64,000 nt of DNA from Nemertoderma westbladi (lineage: Eukaryota > Animalia > Xenacoelomorpha), in NCBI GenBank assembly GCA_032718475.1, contig JAUCBJ010008288.1:1-64000 (forward strand), given 5' to 3'. The notes below the pieces were generated by a model, which did no database searches, was not told where the DNA came from, and saw only the letters and a list, made by a program, of their open reading frames with translations. Shown one piece after another: positions 13,750 through 25,971 of this stretch. A program made the translations under genes and the position numbers. Within the stretch, counting starts at the first letter, position 1. The number at the start of each line of letters is the position of its first letter.

Positions 13750-14648
13750 GTCCTCATTAAAGGCGTCAACTCGTCCGTCAGGTTAACCAACTCCGTCGAT
13801 ATCCCTGTCGGATGTCGGACATTCCGTCTCCTCGTCTGCAAGGTCTTCCTCGGTCGGACCATGCCGGTCTACAAGGCGGGCACGGTGACCCCCAACCTCT
13901 ACCCCAACACCGAGTCGGTGTTCCGGCCTCGCGACACCGGCGACCCCAGAAACGACTGCGATTGCGCGACGCGACAATGCGATTGGTTCGTCTTCAACGG
14001 GAGTCTCGTAGTTCCCGAGTATTTAGTCGATATCGAGGTGGACTCGCCGGACACTGATCCACCCTCGCACACCGGTGTTCAACCAGCGTTCACCGGTGTT
14101 CAACCAGCGTTCAACGGGGTTCAACCAGCGTTCACCGGGGTCCAACCAGCGTTCACACTCTCTCACAGTTGCGACGACATCAGCGCCATCCCCTCCGCCA
14201 ACCCTCCCGACGATGACGTCATCGGTCTTCCACCGGAAGTCGCCACTCGACCGCGTATCGTCAACCCCACCGAGGACATCATAAAGACCCTGGCCGGATG
14301 TACAAACCTCTCCAACCTAGTCGATCTCAACCTCCACAACAACGGGATCACTAAACTCAAACAGCTGCCCCAACTGGCGAAACTCAAGCGTTTGGTCTTG
14401 AGTTTCAACGAACTAACGCGACTCGATGATGTAGGAAGGATCGAATCGTTAGAGGATCTCGATATCAGCTTCAATAAACTCCTTACCGTCGATGGGTTGA
14501 AGACGATGGCGAGATTGAAGCGTTTGGACGTCAGTTGGAACAGGTTAACGAACACCCGGGAAGATATCGCAATAATGAGGAAATATTGTAGCAATTTGGT
14601 AACTCTTTTTTTGCACGACAACCACTGGAAGAAAGGAAATAATATTAG
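13750..14648 (+). CDS. LRRC9: LRRC9 coding exon 2
   Basis: Acceptor tccgtcAG at 13749, in frame; LLVCKVFLG..CDC..WFVFNGSLVVPEYLV then LRRs; donor AG/GTTAGT at 14649, phase 2. Confidence 0.85.
14070..14153 (+). repeat. In-frame 21-bp repeat x4 encoding (T/N)GVQPAF
   Basis: accggtgttcaaccagcgttc tandem copies inside exon 2. Confidence 0.9.
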
Positions 14649-15146
14649 GTTAGTAAATACAGTAATTCAATTATTCTATATATATTGACAGGACAGTGTT
14701 ACTATTTATTTACCATATTAACACTAAACTACTTTATTTTCTATTTATGATCACCTTAAATTTATTTAGGTTTATAAAATACTTTCAGTTTCGTTTTTTA
14801 TCCAGTACCGGTATCTACGCTCACCGCGTTATGCTAAAATATCACATGGAAAAGTAATTTGAATACAAACTATATTTAATTAAAGAAAGTAATAATTAGG
14901 TGCAAACAAAGCGCAAGAAAGCAAATGGTTCCGGTGGACCATGTTGAATACAACAGCTTTCTAACAATCGTGTGAAACCAGAAACTCCAATATCGTCAAC
15001 GAAAATAAGTAAAATTTTCCACAGCCTTTGTTCATAATTAGCAGTAACATACTATTTTATGAACAAAAATAATATGTTAAAAAGAATGTAGTTTATACAA
15101 TCAGAGATAATTGTGATGTGAAGGAAACTGATTTATTGTTTCTCAG

Positions 15147-16585
15147 ATTGAGGGTTATTGGGAGGCTGCGCGGGTTGAAAATGGTAGACGGGATTGCTGT
15201 CACTGAGACGGAGGCCCTTGCGGCCTTACAGGTAGCCTCGGGGGCGAGAATCTCCCAGTCGATGGTGCTAAACCACGGTCGGACGGCGGACAAACCCGTC
15301 CGGAGTCTATCCCTCGGGTGCGCCTCCCGGACACTCGATGAGTCCACGGCACCGATCCGACCCGAGGTGCGAGGTTTCGACCCCGGGTGGATGACCTCGG
15401 TGACTTCACTCCGCATAGAGAACCAACACCTCAGCAAGATATCGAATCTCGAGAAACTCGTCAACCTCCGCTGGCTCTCTCTCGACCACAATGACATTAC
15501 CAAAATCGAAGGTCTCGATAACCTCGTTGCCATAGAGGAGTTAAGTCTCTGCGACAATGCTCTCTCTCGTCTTGACGGTATCGCCAACCTCTCCAACCTC
15601 CAACGTCTCCATCTCTCGGACAACCTCATCCTCGGGTTGGACTCCATCAGTGTCTCGCGTCTCGTCAGCCTCGTCCATCTCTCCCTCGAAGACAACTTCA
15701 TCGAGAGTATCGACGCGGTTAGCGGCTGCCCCAACCTTGTCGAGTTGTACCTCGGCAACAACAAAGTCACCGACATCCGGAAGATTTTCGCGCTGAAACG
15801 CCTCCGAAACATCGCGATCCTCGACCTCGGAGGCAACCCGGTCTCCGAGAACGAGAACTACCGTCTCTTCATCGTCTTCCATCTCAGGATGCTGAAAGCT
15901 TTGGATGGAGTCTCTATAGCAACAGGAGATTTATCCCGCGCGAAAGAGACTTTCGGAGGGAAACTAACGCGAGACTTTGTTCTAGAACAGCTGGGACACG
16001 AAGCGAACTTACACACCGTAGAGGAACTCGACTTTCCTAACTCCTCGATTCGGTTTATCGATCTGGAAGACGGATCGACTTTCGTTAAACTCCGGAGTAT
16101 CAACCTCGAACACAATTCGTTAACGAGTCTATCCGGACTCATCCATCTCCCTAACCTACAGGTTCTCTGCCTCAACTACAATAAAATAGAGAGCATCTTA
16201 GATAAGAATTACAACGCGAACAGCAAGACTTCATTCCTACATAAACTCCAAGTGCTACACCTCGGGTACAACGGGTTGTCCAGCATCCGGGGCCTCCAGT
16301 TGTACCGACTCCGCTCGCTCCGCTCTCTCTTCCTACAGGGCAACGAGATCGCCGAGGTTGACGGCCTGGAGGGTCTGTCCCAGCTGCAGGAGTTGATCCT
16401 AGACCGCAATAAGATCCGATCCGTAGGTTCGTTCGCCTTCAACCCCTTGAAGGATCTCATCGAACTTCATCTCGAGGAGAATCGACTACGGGAGTTGGAG
16501 AATCTCGATTGTCTTCGGAATCTAAAACGTTTGTTCGTGTCCCAAAATCGGATACAGGATATTAGTGAGCTGGAAAGGCTGGAAG
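15147..16585 (+). CDS. LRRC9: LRRC9 coding exon 3 (SDS22-like LRR array)
   Basis: Acceptor tttctcAG at 15146, phase 2 matches; LxxLxLxxNxI repeats and LRRcap NYRLFIVFHLRMLKALDG; donor AAG/GTGAGT at 16586, phase 1. Confidence 0.9.
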
Positions 16586-17509
16586 GTGAGTCATTCTAAC
16601 TGGAAGTGCCGGAAGGAGAGTCATTCTAACTGGAAAGGCCGGAAGGTGAGTCATTCTAACTGGGAAGGCCGGAAGGTGAGTCGTTCTAACTGGAAAGGCC
16701 GGAAAGTGAGTCATTCTAACTGGAAAGGCCGGAAGGTGAGTTATTCTAACTGGAAAGGTCGGAAGATGAGTCATTCTAACTGGAAAGGCCGAAGGTGAGT
16801 CATTCTAACTGGAAAGGCCGGAAGGTTAGTCATTCTAACTGGAAAGGCCGGAAGGTGAGTCGTTCTAACTGGAAGTGCCGGAAGAAGAGTCTTTCTAACT
16901 GGAAAGGCCGGAAGGTGATTCATTCTAACTGGAAAGGCCGGAAGGTGAGTTATTCCTACTGGAAAGGCCGGAAGGTGAGTCATTCTAACTGGAAAGGCCG
17001 GAAGGTGAGTAGTTCTAACTGGAAAGGCCGGAAGGTGAGTCATTCTAACTGGAAAGGCCTGAAGGTGAGTTATTCTAACTGGAAAGACCGGAAGGTGAGT
17101 CATTCTAACTGGAAAGGCCGGAAGGTGAGTCATTCTAACTGGAAAGGCCGGGAGGTGAGTCGTTCTAACTGGAAAGGCCGGAGGTGAGTCATTCTAACTG
17201 GAAAGGCCGGAAGGTGGGTCATTCTAACTGGAAAGGTCGGAAGGTGAGTCATTCTAACTGGAAAGGCCGGAAAGTGTGTCATTCTAACTGGAAAGGCCGG
17301 AAGGTGAGTCATTCTAACTGGAAAGGCCGGAAGGTGAGTTATTCTAACTGGAAAGGCCGGGAGGTGAGTCGTTCTAACTGGAGAGGCCGGAGGTGAGTCA
17401 TTCTAACTGGAAAGGCCGGATGGTGGGTCATTTTAACTGGAAAGGTCGGAAGGTGAGTCATTCTAACTGGAAAGGCCGGAAGGTGAGTCATTCTAACTGG
17501 AATAGCCGG
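16570..17509 (+). repeat. 30-bp minisatellite, about 31 copies, beginning at the exon 3 donor
   Basis: Unit ctggaaaggccggaagGTGAGTcattctaa. Confidence 0.95.
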
Positions 17510-19020
17510 TAATATATGTCTATATATGTATATGATAATATTATATGTCTGATAATATATTTCGTCCCTTATCGCGACAAAAACTACGGCAGTGAAATAT
17601 GGTTCCAAAAAAACTAGGCCATTATTATTCTCTTATGTTAAGATGTTTAAAATCGCAGGTGCTCAGCTGCGAAGTAATCTCACCTGCTGTCCCCAATATA
17701 TCCGATTCGAACTTTCAACCAGTTCGACTAAAACTCGATTGAAGTTGATAACCACGGCTCTATCATCATTCAGAACTGAATCAACTGAAGAACTGAAGTT
17801 TGCATCATGTAATAGACCTGACATTGTGTGGCGAGCCACGAAGTGAGCGAAGCCTGAGCATATGGGTGCCATTGGGGCGTTGTCTGTCGTCGTAAATTTT
17901 TGATCGCTAATAACTCGGTTATTCCCTGATGAAATTAAACGAAACTTGGTATGTATGTAGTCCGTCAAAAGTTTAGAAAGAATCTGAAGTTTGGTCAAAA
18001 ACGAACGAACGCAACGAGGCACAAGAGGAGGACGAGTATTGTGTTGAAGACTTCTGACTAACGGCAGACAACTCGTTAATGGTACCCATATGCTAAAGGC
18101 TTTGCTAATTTCGTACTGCGCGAAGGCCCCACGAACGTGTTTGTGACCGTAAAGGCTCATCATCAAATCCTAAAAACGACATTTAGTGTACCGGTAATCG
18201 ACATTACCCGCTTAAATCGTGTCAAATAGCGTGGAATATTTCATATTAATAATCAAATTTGCCACTAATTTAAATATATTCCAGAATATGGCTTCTTTTG
18301 ATTCGTTGACGTTTATAATATACAGGAGTTGCCATACATTGCATTATCTGGTGTGTGTGGGTTGTTTTACCTATGGATCGTTTTAACTTATATGTTGTGT
18401 GGGTTGTTCTGGTTTACCATATCTTCTAAACGGACTGGACTGACATACAAGTCTAGTACTCCATCTTGAATATTTATGGTTAAATTTTTTTTTATTGTGG
18501 TATGTGTTGTTCTGCTCTATGGTAATGATCGTTATTTCTACCTCTTTTGGGTTTATATTGGGTTTTTTGGGGCCCTGAATGCTATAAAACATGTTGCAGG
18601 TAGGGTCACTCAGGTCTGCGTAGGGTTACTTTTCGGCCCCACCTCAATGGCGAAAATAACTAACTTGTAATTGTCGTGCAGCACCGATTCCCGTTAAGAA
18701 GCCTAACCAAAATTTAAACCGTTGGAAAATGAAAAATGTAACCATTGAATTCAACATTCAGGAAAACCTAGTAGTTGACATTATTATCGACCAATTCTGG
18801 TATTTAGGAAAAATTGTGACTATTTGTTTTTTTCGTATGCGAAAAAGCTATCCAGGAGCTTTTTGGTAAAATTCATACATCTATATTGAATTTCGAAGGG
18901 CAGGTTGTCAAAATGACCACCCCCCCCCCCCCCACCCCGGGTTGTTTCCGTAATATGGTTAATGTAAATATTGATTGTATCACAACAGTTTTTTGTTCGA
19001 CCTAATCGTTAATGCTAAAT

Positions 19021-19148
19021 ATCTGTAACTCTGTATTGCAGGTCTTCCCAGTCTCACGGAAGTGTCTTTAGTTAACAACCCAGTATCTGTAACTCTGTAT
19101 TGCAGGTCTTCCCAGTCTCACGGAAGTGTCTTTAGTTAACAACCCAGT
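19021..19148 (+). repeat. Perfect 64-bp tandem duplication spanning the last splice acceptor of LRRC9
   Basis: atctgtaactctgtattgcAGgtcttccc..aacccagt at 19021-19084 and 19085-19148. Confidence 0.95.
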
Positions 19149-19587
19149 TTCTCGTCGAATGGTCCATAGACCTATCCTTGTGTTCAGGATTCATCAACTG
19201 AAAATATTAGACGGAATAGTTATTTCCGAAGAGGAACGCCAGAGGGCGCAACTTTATTTCTCGGAGCAAAACGTCGGCCCCTCCTTTGAATCCCCTCCAC
19301 CTTCGTTGCCAGGGTTACAACACCAGCAGCATCATTCAACCTCCAACCCATCGCACAACCAACCAATCAGAGTGACCAGCGTGCAACTAGGTTCCCAACC
19401 GGGCACTCATTGGCCAGCGGCGTCGGGGCCAATTAACCGCAATCTGATTGGCTACCCGCAGTCCACCCAGGCCTTCTATCTCAACCTCCCGCGTACTGGC
19501 AGGGATGCGAGTTCTAAAAATAACCACGTGAATCATTACGAACCCGGAACAGAGATACAGAGAAACCAGAGACCGCGTAAATATTAA
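19106..19587 (+). CDS. LRRC9: LRRC9 last coding exon (LRRcap and disordered tail)
   Basis: Acceptor ttgcAG at 19105, phase 1; GLPSLTEVSLVNNPVSRRMVHRPILVFRIHQLKILDG; TAA stop; AATAAA at 19701. Confidence 0.85.
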
Positions 19588-20309
19588 TTTTTAATACTGT
19601 ATCTGCAATTTATTTTTATTAAATTAACTAATTTTTTTTAATACTACAAAGTTTTTTTATTTGATATTTTCTTATTTACAAAAATGAATTAATTTCAATT
19701 AATAAAATTTATTTAATTTAGCATTAAGTTAATATAATAATTCATATGCAAATACTATTTTTTATTTATTTGTGTGGAATTAATTTTGCACTACCAAATC
19801 GCCAGGCCGACATATTTTCTAACTTTATATCGCAGTGCGACATTATTTCTCAGTATGTCCGTCCCTACGCGTTTACTATGTATTTTCAGTATATCCAATA
19901 TATCCAGTATGTCACCGCGTTATTATTAGGTTGTTCTAGAAAGTGTAAGTGCATAACTACTAATAATTCCTCACAAATAAATAAGATTAGATTATTATTG
20001 CCTTCGTCATGTACAATTCAAATTAATAATAATATTGTAAGTAATAAATATTACTGTTTTGCTAAAGTTTGTTCCGACTTCTTCTTAAAGTTATTATTCA
20101 CACTTTATTCACATATTATGTTCTGGAATGGTTTTGTCGAAATTCCAATTACAATTAACTATCTCACGGCAGTAATGGATCTTTCATAATCTTAAGCGGT
20201 GACCGGATCGGGTCTATGAGTGTTTCATTCCCCGATCACAATCCATGAAGTTTTTGCACTGGTATAATAGACCAAGGGTAGGGCACACTTTGCACACATA
20301 GGTATACAG

Positions 20310-21414
20310 TTGGGTGTGCCGGATATCCGGATTTTGAGAAAAAAAATCCGGTTCCGGCTCCGGCCGGATTTCAATTTTTTGGTCGGATTTCAATTTCAAC
20401 GAAATGTTGACAAAATTTACAATTAATGTGAATTTAACAAAAAAACATCAAAATAATTTTCTTTTAAATTGAACCAAATTTAAACATAAGCAAATACAAT
20501 GCAATACAAAACAATTATTTTCATAGTTGCATCATATTCATTCATATTATGAATAAAGTCTGTAGCAGAGCTATTATTTTATGACTATCTACATGCTGAG
20601 CTGACTGACTACTTTTTACCAATAATATTTGTATTTGGTTGGGTTCAGCCTCACTAACACTTAATATATAATAAATAGTACATGATGCCCATATACTAAT
20701 CATAACTACTGTAGTCAATAATTATTATAGTTTCCCAGCGCGCAAGCTTTGATGTTAGCTCTAGGTATTGTTATAAATTGAGATTAAGCTTACCGCCGTG
20801 AATGACCTGTTTATATATTCAACAGGCAATTTAGAAACTCTTAGTAAATCCAATTTAACTCAGAAAGTATAAAAAACTACAGCAATTGTTACTTCGTTCT
20901 ATTTTTCAATTTGCAATTTATTTATCAAATCAATCCATTATATCAAATCGTCGTAGGTTATGGTACAAAAATATTAGTTTATCTTCGCGATCAGGAAGTA
21001 GACGAGAGCGTTTCTCCTCAAATACATTACCAACCTCTACAAATATTCGCTCGGAATAAATTGAAGACGCTGCACGCTGGTGATACTAAATATATGTACA
21101 AGTATTTGTAAATTAGGAAACGCTCTTCTCGTCCCGTTTAGTTAGGATAATTGACATACTTATCTACTTCTAAATTCATAATATTATAAAGTCAAATTCC
21201 TTATCATGACCTTGTTGATCATGATCCAGCACGTTATCTATCGACGCAGTACCTAACGCCCAAAGGACCAAATGATACCCTCCCTCCCTCCAGTTCTGTT
21301 CATGCATAAAGGTACCATATAGCTGATTCAAGGAAAAAAGTGGTCGTATATAAAAAATCCAGCTTTGGCCGGCCGGTTTGAAAGTTTGAAAATAGTCAAT
21401 CCGGCACATCCCTA
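20310..21414. mobile_element. Possible hAT-like non-autonomous element
   Basis: Imperfect TIRs ttggg-tgtgccggat and atccggcacatcccta (TAGGGATG type), CCGG-rich subterminal motifs; flanks gtatacag and gtataggc match only 5 of 8. Confidence 0.4.
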
Positions 21415-21489
21415 GTATAGGCCTTGCCTACATAAAGTAAGGCAGGTATGGCAGCCTAAATAGGTCTTTAAAATACCTGAGTGTTTAAA

Positions 21490-22070
21490 GCTCATCTATC
21501 CCATCATATTAGACATGTACCGAACAACAAGAGTCCCACAAGAAATGAAAACAAATAAGTTGGTACCAGTTCCCAAGAAGGGCAACCTAACACTCTATGG
21601 TTCTTTTCGGGGAATCTCATTGATCTCGATTGCTGCAAAGCTATACAATAGAATTCTATTAAATCGCATCAGGGATCCCATTGAGAGACTGCTCCGTGGA
21701 AATCAGAATGGGTTCCGTAAAGGTCGTGGGACCATGGAGCCAATTTTGGCACTTAGAAGGATAATTGAAGAATTATCAAAAAAGAAAGACAGGCATCTGG
21801 CTGTTATCTTTGTTGACTTCTTCAAGGCCTTTGATTCAGTCTCTCGGTCACGTATGTTCAGCATACTTTCATTATATGGGATTCCTGATGAAATTATGGC
21901 AGCAATCAGATCAGTATACGATGGTTCGACAACATTTGTGTCTACTGTTGACGGTGACACAGAACCATTTGAAGTGTTATGCGGCGTCCTCCAGGGAGAC
22001 ACACTTGCACCATTCTTGTTCATAATTGTGGTTGACAATGTTCAACGCATGTCCTTAGATCATCATAATG
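21490..22070 (+). mobile_element. RTE-type non-LTR retrotransposon RT fragment
   Basis: PVPKKG..FRGISLISIAAKLYNRILLNRI..NQNGFRKGR..FVDFFKAFDSV..GVLQGDTLAPFLF; truncated before YADD by a (TTA)n run. Confidence 0.85.
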
Positions 22071-22375
22071 CTTATTATTATTATTATTATTTTATTATTT
22101 AATCACAAATGTTTAAAACAGAGGAGAAAAACATATGGTATTAAAAAACAACTAGGTTATTGCACGAGTATAAACAGGTACAAGGGAACACTTACAGTTG
22201 TCGCCCCTCAATAAGACACAGATAGAATTGGTATGACGAATATGGCACAAAATATGAAATAAAAATAAAAACAGACTCATATTAAAAAACAGACAAAATC
22301 AATGAATCAAAAAATGATGATGGGGTGATGATAACTCCTCCTACTGGCTCCAGAAGTCGAGGAAATCCTGCTGTT

Positions 22376-23420
22376 AAAAATATCGAGTGTTGAAAAATAT
22401 CGAGATGAAAAATATCGAGAGTAAAAATTCGAGTGTTGAAAATATCGAGAGTAAAAATATCGAGTGTTGAAAAATATCGAGAGTAAAAATTCGAGTGTTG
22501 AAAATATAGAGAGTAAAAATATCGAGTGTTGAAAAATATCGAGAGTAAAAATATCGAGTGTTGAAAAATGTCGAGTGTTGAAAAGTATCGAGAGTAAAAA
22601 TATCGTGAGTAAAAATATCGAGTGTTGGAAAATATCGAGAGTAAAAATATCGAGAGTAAAAATATCGAGAGTAAAAATATCGAGTGTTGAAAAATGTCGA
22701 GAGTAAAAATATTGAGAGTAAAAATATCAAGTGTTGAAAAATATCGAGAGTAAAAATTAGAGTGTTGAAAATATCGAGAGTAAAAATATCGAGTGTTGAA
22801 AAATATCGAGAGTAAAAATATCGAGTGTTGAAAAATGTCGAGTGTTGAAAAGTATCGAGAGTAAAAATATCGTGAGTAAAAATATCGAGTGTTGAAAAAT
22901 GTCGTGTGTTGAAAAATATCGAGTGTTGAAAAATATCGAGTGTTGAAAAATATCGAGTGTTGAAAAATATCGAGAGTAAAAATATCGAGTGTTGAAAAAT
23001 GTCGAGTGTTGAAAAGTATCGAGAGTAAAAATAGCGAGTGTAAAAATATCGAGTGTTGAAAAATATCGAGTGTTGAAAAATATCGAGAGTAAAAATATCG
23101 AGTGTTGAAAAATGTCGAGTGTTGAAAAGTATCGAGAGTAAAAATATCGTGAGTAAAAATATCGAGTGTTGAAAAATATCGAGTGTTGAAAAATATCGAG
23201 TGTTGAAAAATATCGAGTGTTGAAAAATATCGAGTGTTGAAAAATATCGAGAGTAAAAATTCGAGTGTTGAAAATATCGAGAGTAAAAATATCGAGTGTT
23301 GAAAAATATCGAGAGTAAAAATATCGAGTGTTGAAAAATGTCGAGTGTTGAAAAGTATCGAGAGTAAAAATATCGAGAGTAAAAATATCGAGAGTAAAAA
23401 TATCGAGTGTTGAAAAATAC
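22376..23420. repeat. Compound tandem array of 15-bp (aaaaatatcgagagt) and 17-bp (aaaaatatcgagtgttg) units
   Basis: Directly visible; the long minus-strand ORFs here are repeat artefacts. Confidence 0.95.
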
Positions 23421-23987
23421 TGCATAAAAATGCAATACAGATCAAAATGCAATGCAAAAAAAATACTGCGGTAAAAATAATGCATTTTGCGTGAGCATTT
23501 CATTTAGAATTATGGGACAATATTGCAGTGCATGGGTTACAACAGTGCAAGTGCAAGTAAATGGCATTAATACACCTTGGGTATTGGGTACCCATTTACC
23601 AGATTTATTATACTAGCTAGTTTTTCCTATTTTTTTAATTTAAAAAATATTATAGAAAAAGTGCTAGCTATCAATTTTGATAAATATTTTTGTTCTAGAA
23701 CACATTTTTTAGTTGTAGAATTTTTAGCTGAGAATGTCTTCCTTCGTGAGGCGAAACCTACCGGACAGCCGTCAACTGATCACGGATTGCCTAACGGATT
23801 GCATGAAACCGCCTAAGTTCAGTTGCCTATTAGTTTTTTTTACATACAATTGTCCTTGCATACCTACCGGTAAGGTTTTTTACTTAACATGCTTAACAAT
23901 AAATAATATAATTATCAATTAACGATATTTATTAACACACAAATTTTAAAAAGTTATTTAAAATTTTCGAAATGAGAGTGGGTCTAA

Positions 23988-25554
23988 TACGGTAAAAAAA
24001 AATGCGTGCGAACGACTTAGTATGTCGTGCGAAGGACTTACTAAGTCGTGCGAACGACTTACTAAGTCGTGCGAACGGCATACTAAGTCGTGTGAACGAT
24101 TTACTAAGTCGTGCGAACGACATACTAAGTCGTGCGAACGACTTACTAAGTCGTGCGAACGACATACTAACTCGTGCGAACGACTTACTAAGTCGTGCGA
24201 ACGACATACTAACTCGTGCGAACGACTTACTAAGTCGTGCGAACGACTTACTAACTTTACTTTGATTGGCTAAATAGTAATAAAAGTACAACCTTTTTAG
24301 CGGGATTTTCAATTCAATCGACAGCATTTGTTGATGTCATTATTGGTTGAAAATATTATTATCAATGGCTGAACGCGCTCTGTTAACATCGACGTACTTT
24401 AACTTAGGCCTAACAGATGTCATCTGCTTTAAAACTAAATAATGAAATTTTCCTAAGCTGCGCCATCGATGTAACAGGTCTATTGCATATTGTCTGTGTG
24501 ATCTCTACGGATGAACTTCTGAAAGTCTCGAACGCGAACATTTTCTGTTCCAAAATCCCCACAAACAATCCGCGGATCACCCTTGTTCTCAGTTATCGCT
24601 TCCAGGAAGTAGCCCCCGATAAATTTACTGTCATTGTTGGTGTTATACACGTTCAACCAAATCATTTTCCGGGAATATCCATCAATGCACCCACTGGTTT
24701 CATTAGGGATGTTACGCATTACTTATTCGAATTAATTTTATTAAGAACGAGCGTAAGCGACTGAGTGAAATATGAAACGAGAGCCTGAAAGTGAAATACG
24801 GGTACGTACTTTATTTAAATCGAATATTGTGGCGGAGTCACAATATTGTACAATACTCTAAATAGTAGGACCTATCTCACCTCCCCCCAAAACCTGAGAT
24901 TTCGACTACAGCTGTTCGATACAATAGTGAGATGGGAATGTTGCTTAGCAACACAGCAACAACACCTGACACTATAATCAGCTTATCTAACAGCGCTGAC
25001 CGTAGATAATACAGCTATTTACTGAATAAGTTAAAATAAAATTAATATGTTAAAGATATTATAATTTGCTACAATATGTCGGTTGTATTGTCGGCCTAAG
25101 TTAAAGTACGTCGATATTAACAGAGCGCGTTCAGCCATTGATAATAATATTTTCAACCAATAATGCCATCAACAAATGCTGTAGATTGAATTGAAAATCC
25201 CGCTAAAAAGGTTGTACTTTTATTACCAGTATTATTTAGCCAATCAAAGTAAAGTTAGTAAGTCGTTCGCACGCGTTAGTTAAGTCGTTCGCACGACTTA
25301 GTATGTCGTTCGCACGACTTAGTAAGTCGTTCGCACGAGTTAGTAGGTCGTTCGCACGAGTTAGTTAAGTCGTTCGCACGACTTAGTATGTCGTTCGCAC
25401 GACTTAGTAAGTCGTTCGCACGAGTTAGTATGTCGTTCGCACGAGTTAGTTAAGTCGTTCGCACGACATACTAAGTCGTTCGCACGACATACTAAGTCGT
25501 TCGCACGAGTTAGCGAAAAAATTTTTTTTCTCATGTCCCTTTAGGGGCTCCGTA
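23988..25554 (-). mobile_element. IS3EU-like DNA transposon, internally deleted, with about 420-460-bp inverted arms
   Basis: Termini TACGG..CCGTA, perfect 6-bp TSD GTCTAA (23982-23987, 25555-25560); integrase-like fragment GCIDGYSRKMIWL..TNND..GDFGTEN at about 24480-24700 (-); arms contain 21-bp arrays. Confidence 0.8.
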
Positions 25555-25691
25555 GTCTAAAGTTTAGCAATTTATATAATTATGAAATGTATAGTATAAT
25601 CAACATTGCACTATAAACAGCACACTACACGAATTTTAGCTATGGTCGGAGATCTGACTAGTCAACTACTGTATCTTCCTTTATTATTATT

Positions 25692-25909
25692 CTAATTCTC
25701 CGCTTTTCTTGTTGTTATTTCATTGAGTTTTACCATGGAATCTTTCTTGTGTAGTTCGATATTTGGTTTTTGTACTAGTTGTGGGCTGTTACCATCGTCC
25801 ACTACAACACACGGAACCATTGTCTCCTTGGTTCCCTTTCTGTCTCGTCGTTTATTTACGGTGTAATTACTCCGGGTTCGCTGTATCAAATCGAATCGTC
25901 TGCGTCGAC
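25692..25909 (-). CDS. GPCR putative last exon (C-terminal tail)
   Basis: Acceptor aacgcAG, phase 1 matches the TM7 exon; reads (G)RRRRFDLIQRTRSNYTVNKRR..KAEN*. Confidence 0.6.
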
Positions 25910-25971
25910 CTGCGTTAATTAGTTAATATAATAATAGATTCGTACATATAGCTAATTCATAATATCGTTAC

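Noticed and set aside
15093-15882. Antisense ORFs over LRRC9 exon 3 (similarly over CRE and BEL ORFs)
   Set aside because: Shadow frames of GC-rich coding sequence
16562-17608. Repetitive ORFs (SHSNWKGRKV, MTHLPAFPVR)
   Set aside because: Translations of the intronic 30-bp minisatellite
22282-23503. Long minus-strand ORFs of 248-391 aa
   Set aside because: Stop-free by-product of the 15/17-bp array
24002-25515. Palindromic 21-bp repeats as a CRISPR array
   Set aside because: No unique spacers, no cas genes, eukaryotic context, and they lie within a TSD-flanked transposon
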